DNA from: Longivirga aurantiaca
GTDB taxonomy: Bacteria; Actinomycetota; Actinomycetes; S36-B12; CAIYMF01
Direction of reading: 5' to 3'
DNA: 32,000 nucleotides
Assembly: GCF_042660085.1 (NCBI RefSeq)
Contig: NZ_JBHSTI010000008.1
Span: 1,989,876-2,021,875, forward strand
Numbering within the stretch: position 1 is the first letter of the stretch; each line of letters opens with the position of its first letter. This document shows, one piece after another, positions 6,568 to 14,255 of this stretch. Under the pieces are notes generated by a model. That model made no database searches, had not been told where the DNA came from, and worked only from the letters and a program-made list of their open reading frames with translations. The position numbers and the translations under genes were made by a program.

Positions 6568-8679
6568 TCACGGCAGCTGGTGCGCCACGAAGGGGGTGAC
6601 GCTGCGCGCCCCGGCCTCGCGGAGCAGAGCCCCGGCGAGCGTGGCGGTCCAGCCCGTGCGCCAGGTCTCGTCGACGAGCAGCATCGGGCCCTCAGGCACC
6701 TCGGCGCCCGGGGCGAGCGAGATGCGTGCTGCCTGCGCGCACGCGCGCCCGGCGGGCGAGAGGTCGGAGCCGGGCGGAGGCCCGTCCAGCACGATCGCGT
6801 CGAGGAGGGGGATGCCCACCCCGTGCGCGATGGTCACGGCGATCGAGTGCACGAGGCGCGGATGCCGCGAGCTCGGCACCGGCGCAACCGCCTCGAGCCG
6901 CTGCGGCAGCGACGGGAGCCAGCGGCCGAACGACCGCTCCAGTGCGGCGAGCAGCCAGTCAGGCGCCGGAGCATCGGGGGCCAGGGGCCCGGTGACCGTG
7001 GCCATCCGGTCCCACGCCGGGTCGTCGGCGAAGGCGAGCGCGCGACCGGGCGAGAGGGCGAGCGACGGCGCGATCCGTCCGCGCCATGCGGGCCGTCCGC
7101 TCGCGGCGTCGATGCCGGAGGTGAACATCTTGCGCGGCTCGAGCGGCACGACGAGGTCGCGCAGCCAGGCGCGCGCCGCCTCGCGAGCCTCGGGGTCGGT
7201 GGTGGTCGGGAGCCCGGCCGGGAGCGTGCCCGTGCACACCGAGCAGCGGCCGCACCGTTCTCCCTGCTCGGTCGGGTCGTCGAGCGAGCGCCGCAGCAGC
7301 ACCTCGAGGCAGTCCCCGCCGACGACGTACTCGCGCATGATGTCCGACTCGCGCCGGCGCACCGCGACGAGCGCGTCGTACTTCTCGTGGTCGTAGGTCC
7401 AGTCCTGGCCGGTCGCGGCCCACGACGTGCCCTCGCGCGACACCGCGCCGTCGACCGCGAGGACCTTCACGAGCAGCTCCACGCGGGTGCGGCGTACGCC
7501 GGTCGCGGCCTCGAGGGCGGGCACGCTCAACGCGCCCTGGTAGCGCAGGGCTGCGAGCACGGCGGCCGCCTCGTCGGGCCTCGGCACGCTGGCGGTGGCG
7601 AACCACTCCCACAGCCGCTCGTCCGAGTCGCCGGGCAGCAGCACCACGCTCGCCTCGGGCAGCGCGCGGCCGGCGCGGCCGACCTGCTGGTAGTAGTCGA
7701 CGGGCGACGACGGCGAGCCCACGTGGATGCAGAACGCGAGGTCGGGCTTGTCGTAGCCCATGCCGAGGGCGGAGGTGGCGACGACGGCCTTCAGCTCGTT
7801 GACCTTGAGCGCAGCCTCGATCCGCGCGCGGTCCGCGGTCTCGGTCTTCCCGGAGTATGCCGCCACCGCGTGACCGCGCTCGGCGAGGAACCCGGCGAGG
7901 CGGTCGGCGTCCGCCACCGTGAGGCAGTAGACGATGCCCGACCCCGGCAGCTGCCGCAGCGCCTGGTCGGTCCACGCATAACGGTCGAACGACGACAGCC
8001 CGGCGAGCACGCCGAGGTGCAGCGACTCGCGCGCGAGCCGGCCGCGCTGGACGAACGTGTTGGCGCCGAGCTGGTCGGCGACGTCGGCCGTCACCCGCGA
8101 GTTGGCGGTGGCGGTCGTGGCCAGCACGGGGAGGTCCGGGTTGGCCAGCAGCAGACCGGCGATGCGCTGGTAGTCGGGGCGGAAGTCGTGGCCCCACGAC
8201 GAGATGCAGTGGGCCTCGTCGATCACGAGGAGGCCGAGCTGCGGCAGCAGCACGTCGAGCACGGTCGCGGAGAAGCGCGGGTTGGCGAGGCGCTCGGGCG
8301 ACACGAGCAGGACGTCGACCTGCCCCGCCATCAGTGCGCGCTCGACGTCGGGCCAGTCGTCGAGGTTGGAGGAGTTGAGCGTGGCCGCGGTGAGCCCTGC
8401 GCGCTGAGCGGCGACGACCTGGTCGCCGATAAGCGAGAGCAGCGGCGACACCACGAGCACCGGGCCTCCCCCGGCGTCGCGGACGGCGCGCGCGGCGATC
8501 CAGTAGACGGCCGACTTGCCCCATCCGGTGGCCTGGACGACGAGCGCGCGACGCCGCTCGAGCACGAGCGCCGACACCGCCGCGCGCTGGTCGTCGCGCA
8601 CGATCGCGTCGGGCCCTGCGAGCGCGGTGATGACGCGCGCAGCCGCCGCGTCGAGCGCTGCCGCGGTCACGGCGGTCAC
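6568..8679 (-). CDS. RecQ family ATP-dependent DNA helicase with C-terminal phosphoribosyltransferase-like region
   Basis: GTG start at 8679 ('VTAVTAAALDAAA...'). Motifs 'VVQATGWGKSAVYW', 'VIDEAHCISSWGHDFRPDY', 'TATANSRV', 'GRAGR' and RecQ Zn region 'CGRCSVCTG'. C-terminal 'MLLVDETWRTGWTATLAGALLREAGARSVTPFV' resembles a PRPP-binding loop. Confidence 0.93.
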   Translation of the reverse strand: MTAVTAAALDAAAARVITALAGPDAIVRDDQRAAVSALVLERRRALVVQATGWGKSAVYWIAARAVRDAGGGPVLVVSPLLSLIGDQVVAAQRAGLTAATLNSSNLDDWPDVERALMAGQVDVLLVSPERLANPRFSATVLDVLLPQLGLLVIDEAHCISSWGHDFRPDYQRIAGLLLANPDLPVLATTATANSRVTADVADQLGANTFVQRGRLARESLHLGVLAGLSSFDRYAWTDQALRQLPGSGIVYCLTVADADRLAGFLAERGHAVAAYSGKTETADRARIEAALKVNELKAVVATSALGMGYDKPDLAFCIHVGSPSSPVDYYQQVGRAGRALPEASVVLLPGDSDERLWEWFATASVPRPDEAAAVLAALRYQGALSVPALEAATGVRRTRVELLVKVLAVDGAVSREGTSWAATGQDWTYDHEKYDALVAVRRRESDIMREYVVGGDCLEVLLRRSLDDPTEQGERCGRCSVCTGTLPAGLPTTTDPEAREAARAWLRDLVVPLEPRKMFTSGIDAASGRPAWRGRIAPSLALSPGRALAFADDPAWDRMATVTGPLAPDAPAPDWLLAALERSFGRWLPSLPQRLEAVAPVPSSRHPRLVHSIAVTIAHGVGIPLLDAIVLDGPPPGSDLSPAGRACAQAARISLAPGAEVPEGPMLLVDETWRTGWTATLAGALLREAGARSVTPFVAHQLP

Positions 8680-9488
8680 GCGGGCACCGCGTCGAGGGAG
8701 TCGACGAGGGCGGCCAGGGCGGCACCGAGCCGGGCGACCTCGGCGGCCACCGGCTCGCCATCGCCGTCGAGGTACTGGTCGCGGCGGATCTCGACCATGA
8801 GCGACGACACCCGCCGGTCCTTCCCGTAGTGGCGCAGCGGCACGTACGTGCCGGCGAAGGGCTGGTCGACGGCGGTCTCCCACTCGCGGAACGCTTCGGC
8901 CGCGCGGTCACGAAGCCAGCCCGGGGTGTGCCGCTCGTCGAAGCCGAGGCACACGGCCGGGCGCGCGGCCTCGGGGTGGCGCTCGTAGGGCAGGACGTCG
9001 CGCGGGTAGGAGTGCACGTCCACCACCAGCGCACGTCCGTGCGCGTCGAGCCGCGCCGACACGAGGTCGGCGAGCGACTCGGCGTACGGCGTGAAGTAGC
9101 GCGCGAGGAGGTCTGCGCGATGGGCCGGGTCGGCGTCGCGCAGCGGCCCGAGCACCGACGTCGCGGTGTAGACCGCCCCCATGCCGATCGCGTCCATCTC
9201 CTCCGCGCCGGGCTCGGTGAACCGCTCGGGGTCGACGACGAGGCGCGAGAGCCGGTTGACGAACGACCACGGCCGGATGCGCGCCGCCGCCGCCGCGTGG
9301 GCCGCTACGACATCGGTGGACGCATCGGTCATCGCGCGCAGCTCGGCGGCGAGCGCGTCGTCGTCGAGCAGGATCCGTGCGCGGACGTCGGACGGGATGA
9401 CGGTCGAGGCGTGCGGAACGTGCAGCACCACGGACGACGAGGCGTCACCGGGGACGACGTCGAACGAGGACTGCTGCGCGGAGGCCAT
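8676..9488 (-). CDS. N-formylglutamate amidohydrolase family protein
   Basis: 270 aa from MASAQQSSFDVVPGDASSSVVLHVPHASTVIPSDVR...; 'ALVVDVHSYPRDVLPYE', 'VCLGFDERHTPGW', 'NRLSRLVVDPERF'. Stop overlaps the recQ-like GTG. Confidence 0.9.
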   Translation of the reverse strand: MASAQQSSFDVVPGDASSSVVLHVPHASTVIPSDVRARILLDDDALAAELRAMTDASTDVVAAHAAAAARIRPWSFVNRLSRLVVDPERFTEPGAEEMDAIGMGAVYTATSVLGPLRDADPAHRADLLARYFTPYAESLADLVSARLDAHGRALVVDVHSYPRDVLPYERHPEAARPAVCLGFDERHTPGWLRDRAAEAFREWETAVDQPFAGTYVPLRHYGKDRRVSSLMVEIRRDQYLDGDGEPVAAEVARLGAALAALVDSLDAVPA

Positions 9489-9580
9489 GGGAGCGACCGT
9501 AGGCGACGGGTGCGACGGCAGTGGGGCGGGGCGGCGCGCGCGGTCCGCGGCGGTGGGCCGCACGGACGCACGCCCGGACC

Positions 9581-9586
9581 TAGCAT
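9581..9586 (+). promoter_or_regulatory. Putative -10 element giving a leaderless transcript starting at ATG 9594
   Basis: TAGCAT ends 7 nt before ATG 9594 (MFGPPPRGYWHL). Confidence 0.4.
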
Positions 9587-9593
9587 GACCACG

Positions 9594-10088
9594 ATGTTTG
9601 GCCCGCCTCCGAGGGGGTACTGGCATCTCGTGAGGTGCGCTCGGACCAGCCGAAGGACTGTTGTGACGCAGAGGCGGAAGCCCGCCGCCACCGGTCGTGG
9701 TGGGGGCGCGGTGACGCTCGTCCTCGACGAGGACGGGCGCGCGGTGTGGCGATCGACTCTGCGCAGCGCGCTCACGGAGGCCGCGTCGCCTGGCACGGTG
9801 GAAGACGCGATCATCGTGGCGGGAGAGCTCGTGGCGAACGCGCTCGAGCACGGTCTCCCGCCGGCCACCCTCGAGGTGGTCGTCGAGCCTGCGGGCTCGG
9901 TGCTGGTGTCGGTGCTCGACCATGGCTCGGTCGTTCCGCTGTCACCGATGCCGATCTCGCTCGAGGCGGTGCGGGGGCGCGGGCTCCTGATCGTGGACTC
10001 CCTCACGACCGAGTGGGGCGTTCTCGAGAGCGCGAAGGGAAAGGCCGTCTGGGCACGGGTGGCCAGGGACGGCGAGGCAGGACCGTGA
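9594..10088 (+). CDS. RsbW-like ATP-binding protein (HATPase_c_2 serine kinase/anti-sigma type)
   Basis: 'SPGTVEDAIIVAGELVANALEHG...VLVSVLDHGSVVPL...EAVRGRGLLIVDSLTTEWGVLESAKGKAVWA': N box and G box of GHKL anti-sigma ATPases. Alternative start ATG 9585. Confidence 0.88.
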   Translation: MFGPPPRGYWHLVRCARTSRRTVVTQRRKPAATGRGGGAVTLVLDEDGRAVWRSTLRSALTEAASPGTVEDAIIVAGELVANALEHGLPPATLEVVVEPAGSVLVSVLDHGSVVPLSPMPISLEAVRGRGLLIVDSLTTEWGVLESAKGKAVWARVARDGEAGP

Positions 10089-10429
10089 AGACCAACGAGA
10101 GGCAGACCCCCATGTCACCAGCACCCGTCGTGATCACGCTCGCGGGCGAGTACGACATCGCCAATGCACCCGAGCTGCTGGAGATCCTGACCAGCGGCGG
10201 ACCCGAGGCGCCCGTCGTCGCCGACCTCCGGGACGTGACGTTCCTCGACTCCGCGGCGCTGTCGCAGCTCGTGCGCGCGAACTCCCAGCTCTCGGAGGCT
10301 GGCGGCTCGCTCACGCTGGTGCTGCCGACCTCGGGGCCGGTCGCCAGGGTCATGTCGATCACGCAGCTGGACTCTGCCCTGACCACGACGGGCTCGGTCG
10401 AGCAGGCGCTCGCCGATCTCGGCGGCTGA
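10085..10429 (+). CDS. STAS-domain anti-sigma factor antagonist (RsbV/SpoIIAA-like)
   Basis: 114 aa; GTG start overlaps upstream TGA (GTGA). 'VVITLAGEYDIANAPELLEIL...VVADLRDVTFLDSAALSQLVRANSQL' includes the conserved phospho-acceptor region DS. Confidence 0.93.
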   Translation: MKTNERQTPMSPAPVVITLAGEYDIANAPELLEILTSGGPEAPVVADLRDVTFLDSAALSQLVRANSQLSEAGGSLTLVLPTSGPVARVMSITQLDSALTTTGSVEQALADLGG

Positions 10430-10450
10430 GGCGGTCGGCCGGGCTGCCGG

Positions 10451-11311
10451 TCACTCGTCGAGCAGGCCTTCGCGCAGCACGGCGAGCGACTTGGCCAGCA
10501 GCCTCGACACGTGCATCTGCGAGATGCCGACCTCCTCGGAGATCTGCGTCTGGGTCATCCCGCGGAAGAACCGCAGCACCAGGATCCTGCGCTCGCGCGC
10601 CGGCAGCTGCGCGAGCAGGGGCCGCAGCGACTCGCGGTACTCGATCGTCTCGATGCCCGGGTCGTCGGCGCCCATGAGGTCGGCCAGCGACCCGGAGTCG
10701 TCGGACGAGCCGACGTGGGCGTCCAGGCTCGTGTAGCTGTACGCCTGCGCGCCCTCGAGACCCTCGAGCACCTCCTCCTCGCTGATGCCGAGCTGCACCG
10801 CGAGCTCCGCCACGGTGGGCGTGCGTCCTGTTCGCTGTGAGAGCTCAGCCGTCGCCTGACCGAGCGACATGCGCAGCTCCTGCAGGCGCCGCGGCACGCG
10901 GATCGCCCACCCCTTGTCGCGGAAGTGCCGCTTGATCTCGCCGATGACGGTGGGCGTGGCGTACGTCGCCAGCTCGACGCCGCGCTCGAGCTCGAACCGG
11001 TCGACCGCCTTGAGCAGGCCGATCATCCCCACCTGGGTGAGGTCCTCGAGCGGCTCGCCGCGGTCACGGAACCTGCGGGCGAGGTACTGCACCAGCGGGA
11101 TGTGCAGGGTGACGAGGTCGTCGCGCGCCCGTTGGTGCTCGGCGGACTCGGCGTCGGTGCTCGCCAGCACCTCGAGCAGCTCGCGCTCGCGCGCCCGGTG
11201 GGCGTCGCCCCAGCCGCGCGGCAGCACGGCGTCGCCCGACGGCTCGTGGGCGGGCGTCACGTCCTCGTCGGTCGGCGGCGGCGCGCCCGCATGCGCCGCG
11301 GAATGGTTCAC
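10451..11311 (-). CDS. SigB/SigF/SigG family RNA polymerase sigma factor
   Basis: 286 aa; 'HIPLVQYLARRFRDRGEPLEDLTQVGMIGLLKAVDRFELERGVELATYATPTVIGEIKRHFRDKGWAIRVPRRLQEL' and 'LPARERRILVLRFFRGMTQTQISEEVGISQMHVSRLLAKSL'. GTG start overlaps the upstream stop (GTGA). Confidence 0.96.
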   Translation of the reverse strand: MNHSAAHAGAPPPTDEDVTPAHEPSGDAVLPRGWGDAHRARERELLEVLASTDAESAEHQRARDDLVTLHIPLVQYLARRFRDRGEPLEDLTQVGMIGLLKAVDRFELERGVELATYATPTVIGEIKRHFRDKGWAIRVPRRLQELRMSLGQATAELSQRTGRTPTVAELAVQLGISEEEVLEGLEGAQAYSYTSLDAHVGSSDDSGSLADLMGADDPGIETIEYRESLRPLLAQLPARERRILVLRFFRGMTQTQISEEVGISQMHVSRLLAKSLAVLREGLLDE

Positions 11312-11742
11312 GACGGGTCGGCCGACGAGGTGCCGGTCGACGTGGTGCCGGTCGACGTGGTGCCGGCGGTGGCGCTCGAGCGCGACGCGCGCAGCGAGAT
11401 GGTGACGCCGTCCGGCGTCTCCTCGGCCCACAGGTCGACCACCAGCGCGGCGAGCACGGCCCAGGCGAAGCTGTCCTCGCTCGGCAGCACCGATCCCTCG
11501 CACCGGCCCGTGATGCTGATGAGGACGGCGGCGTCCTCGACGTCGAGCCGTACGTCGATCACCGAGCCCGGCTCGGCGCTCGCGGCCAGGAGTCCGGCCG
11601 CCTCTCCGACGGCCAGGCGGATGTCCTCGAGCTGCTCGAGGTCGAATCCCACGCGCGAGGCGACCGCGACCGCGGTGGAGCGCACCAGTGACACCCAGCC
11701 GGTCTCGGCCGGCACGGACAGTCGAACGGCGTTCTGGGTCAT
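11308..11742 (-). CDS. RsbW-like anti-sigma factor / ATP-binding protein
   Basis: 144 aa; 'MTQNAVRLSVPAETGWVSLVRSTAVAVASRVGFDLEQLEDIRLAVGEAAGLLAA...SFAWAVLAALVVDLWAEETPDGVTISL'; directly upstream of and overlapping the sigma gene. Confidence 0.88.
   Translation of the reverse strand: MTQNAVRLSVPAETGWVSLVRSTAVAVASRVGFDLEQLEDIRLAVGEAAGLLAASAEPGSVIDVRLDVEDAAVLISITGRCEGSVLPSEDSFAWAVLAALVVDLWAEETPDGVTISLRASRSSATAGTTSTGTTSTGTSSADPS
11329..11366. repeat. 15-bp tandem repeat at anti-sigma 3' end, just upstream of sigma start
   Basis: GGTGCCGGTCGACGT x2 (11329-11343, 11344-11358) plus partial GGTGCCGG (11359-11366); encodes TSTGT-type repeats. Confidence 0.85.
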
Positions 11743-11905
11743 CCGAGCTGCTCCTCGTCACCGGTGGGCATCGTGCCTGCGACGCTAACGCCGTGGCCGG
11801 GTCGCCACCAGCGCGCGCACGGTGGCGCGGACGGGGCGAGGGCACAGATCACGATGCGTGCTGCCCCCGATCCGGCCATCCCAAACCTCGGGCCTGAACG
11901 GATGG

Positions 11906-11959
11906 GCGATTCGTTAGTGGAATCTCGCACTCGGCCCCGAGTTTCCACTACCGAATCGC
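11906..11959. repeat. Long interrupted inverted repeat (17-bp arms, one mismatch)
   Basis: GCGATTCGTTAGTGGAA (11906-11922) and TTCCACTACCGAATCGC (11943-11959); 20-nt centre contains nested ACTCGG-CC-CCGAGT (11929-11942). Confidence 0.85.
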
Positions 11960-12016
11960 GCGCGGATGCGCCGATAGCAGTCGCTTCGCGCGTGGCGGCC
12001 GAGCATCCTGGCCCGT

Positions 12017-12259
12017 ATGGCGGCGGCAGGGACAAGGACGCGAAGCAGGGTTCCCGCGCTGCTCGCGGGCGTCGGCAGCGGCCTGGCGGTGGTCTTCCTG
12101 CTGCTTCCGGCGAGAGGTGTCGATACCGACCCTCCCGCCTGCTCCTCCGCGCTCGGCTACTCGGTGCCCTGCGGCTCGGGCTGGGCCTTCGGCGCTGCCC
12201 TCGCTGTCGGTCTGCTCGCCGCCGGGGCGGTCGCGTGGGTCCTCGGCCGCAGGCCGTAG
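12017..12259 (+). CDS. Small two-TM hypothetical membrane protein
   Basis: 80 aa 'MAAAGTRTRSRVPALLAGVGSGLAVVFLLLPARGVDTDPPACSSALGYSVPCGSGWAFGAALAVGLLAAGAVAWVLGRRP'. Confidence 0.6.
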   Translation: MAAAGTRTRSRVPALLAGVGSGLAVVFLLLPARGVDTDPPACSSALGYSVPCGSGWAFGAALAVGLLAAGAVAWVLGRRP

Positions 12260-12423
12260 CCCCCTCCCGCGACCCTGCACTCAGCCACCGATGGGCGTCA
12301 GGCGGTATGCCGTGTTCGCTTGGGGCTGAACGCTTCTCCGCGATATGGCTCCCGATCCGGATCCTACTGTCGGAGGTGGCTGAGAGGCTTTCATCAGTCG
12401 TCCAGCAGATGAGGGAGGTGACC

Positions 12424-14118
12424 ATGTCGACCACGTTCGACTCCGTCGAGACGTCCGCGTCGTACGACGAGGCGTTCCCGCCAGGGTGGTCACCGGTCAC
12501 CCGCGAGCAGGAGCACGCGTTCGCCGAAGCGCTGCGGCGCGACTTCCCGCCCGAGCGCCACGTCGACCCCGCCGGTGACGACCTGCCCGACCCGGGGCCG
12601 TTCTCCGAGCTCGGCCTCGTCGCTGCGGTCGACGGCCCGGCGGACCCGTTCGACCTCGTGCTGCTGCACGCCCTGGACCCCGAGTCGCTGTCCGACCCCG
12701 GCGACCAGCTGCGGATGCTGTCGGCGCTGGACAAGGTGGAGTGCCTGACCCAGTCGCTGCGGATCCGCACCCTCATGGCGCTCGGCGACGACGACGAGTA
12801 CTGGACCGGCCTGGACGAGCAGGACCTGCAGCACGAGATCGCCATCGCCCGGCGCACCTCGGAGTACAACGCCGGCAAGGCCCTCGAGCTCGCCCGTTCC
12901 ATCACCCGCGACTACCCCGACCTCCTCGCCGCGCTCACCGACGGACGGGTGTCCTGGGGCCACCTCGCGGTGCTGGTCGACCGCACCCGCTACGTCACCG
13001 ACCCCGCCGCGATCGCGGCGATCTCCGCCCGCGCCCTGACGCGGGCGCTGACCCGCACGCCCGGGCAGTTCGCCACCGAGGTCGAGAAGCTCGTCGCCCG
13101 GTTCGACCCCGACGCCGCCGAGCGCCACCGCCGCGCCAAGAAGAAGGAGCGCAGGGTCTGGGTCAAGCGCCTCGCCGACGGCATGGGCATGCTCGGCTAC
13201 GTCGACGACTGGGCCATCATCAGCGCCGTCCACGAGACCATCGCCGCCGACGCCCGCTCGAGCAAGAAGGCCGCCCGCGCCCAGAAGCGCGCCCGCACGG
13301 CCGCCCGCCGTGACGGCACACCGTCGGAGCCGACGCCCGGCACCGACGTCGTCCTCGCTGACGAGGCCGACGTCGTCCCGACCGACGGCGACCACAGTGG
13401 CCCGCGCCACGGCGACCACGCCGCCTCGGGCGGCAGCGACCACCGCGCCTCGACGACGGACGACGCGGACGACGTCGAGGACGAGGAGCCCGACGCCGAC
13501 ACCGCCCGCGCGGACGCGCTCGCCGCCCGTGTGCTGGGCACCCTGAACCCCGACGGGTCCGTGGTCTGGGACCGGGCCGCCTCGGTGGTGTTCGAGGGCC
13601 ACCTGGTCATCGACTTCCTGACCCTCACCCGCGAACGCGACCGTGTCGCCCTCCTGGACGGGCAGCCCCTGCCGCCGGAGACCGCCCGCGAGTACGCCGG
13701 CACCGTGAAGACCTGGCGCCGGTTCGTCACCGATCACCTCATCGACGTGGGCAACCGCTACACCGACGACACGCTGCACCGCTTCATCCTGGCCCGCGAC
13801 ATCTGCCGCAACCCGGTCCACGACCACATCCCCACCTCCACCCGGCTGCAGATGGACCACGCCGAGGAAGCACCCCACGGCCCCACCAGCGCCGACAACT
13901 GCGGCGGCATCTGCATCCCCAGCCACCAGCTCAAGACCGCCCGCCGGGTCGACATCACCGACTCGAGAGCAGACGGCTCCTGCACCTGGACCACCCGAGC
14001 CGGGCAGGTCGTCCACATCCCACCCCGCCCGTTCCTCGACCACCCCGACCCACCGCTGCTCCCCCGGCGTCGCCATGGGCCGGCGCCCGACCCTGCCGAC
14101 GACATCCCGCCCTTCTGA
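12424..14118 (+). CDS. DUF222 domain-containing HNH endonuclease-like protein (13E12 repeat family type)
   Basis: 564 aa from MSTTFDSVETSASYDEAF; DUF222-like helical N-terminus ('WGHLAVLVDRTRYVTD...ARALTRALTRTPGQFATEVEKLVARFDPDAAERHRRAKKKERRVWVKRLADGMGMLGYVDDWAII'), HNH-like 'LQMDHAEEAPHGPTSADNCGGICIPSHQLKT'. Confidence 0.88.
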   Translation: MSTTFDSVETSASYDEAFPPGWSPVTREQEHAFAEALRRDFPPERHVDPAGDDLPDPGPFSELGLVAAVDGPADPFDLVLLHALDPESLSDPGDQLRMLSALDKVECLTQSLRIRTLMALGDDDEYWTGLDEQDLQHEIAIARRTSEYNAGKALELARSITRDYPDLLAALTDGRVSWGHLAVLVDRTRYVTDPAAIAAISARALTRALTRTPGQFATEVEKLVARFDPDAAERHRRAKKKERRVWVKRLADGMGMLGYVDDWAIISAVHETIAADARSSKKAARAQKRARTAARRDGTPSEPTPGTDVVLADEADVVPTDGDHSGPRHGDHAASGGSDHRASTTDDADDVEDEEPDADTARADALAARVLGTLNPDGSVVWDRAASVVFEGHLVIDFLTLTRERDRVALLDGQPLPPETAREYAGTVKTWRRFVTDHLIDVGNRYTDDTLHRFILARDICRNPVHDHIPTSTRLQMDHAEEAPHGPTSADNCGGICIPSHQLKTARRVDITDSRADGSCTWTTRAGQVVHIPPRPFLDHPDPPLLPRRRHGPAPDPADDIPPF

Positions 14119-14138
14119 CCACCCCCGCACGGCCGTGA

Positions 14139-14163
14139 GCCGGACCCCACCCCGGAGTCCGGC
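14139..14163. terminator. Hairpin between convergent HNH and alpha/beta hydrolase genes
   Basis: 7-bp stem GCCGGAC (14139-14145) / GTCCGGC (14157-14163), 11-nt loop. Confidence 0.4.
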
Positions 14164-14255
14164 GCACAGCCATGCCCGGTGACCGCACGGACGTCGGAGG
14201 AAGCGGGGAGGAGGGGGCACGACCCGAGGGCGACGAGTTCTGCGTCGGCCGACCG

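Noticed and set aside
5935-8829. 964-aa plus-strand ORF antisense to hemerythrin and recQ-like genes
   Set aside because: Shadow ORF, His/Gly/Arg-rich without recognisable motifs.
10430-10450. Possible terminator in the 21-bp gap between the STAS and sigma genes
   Set aside because: GC-rich but no convincing stem of adequate length; only weak imperfect pairing.
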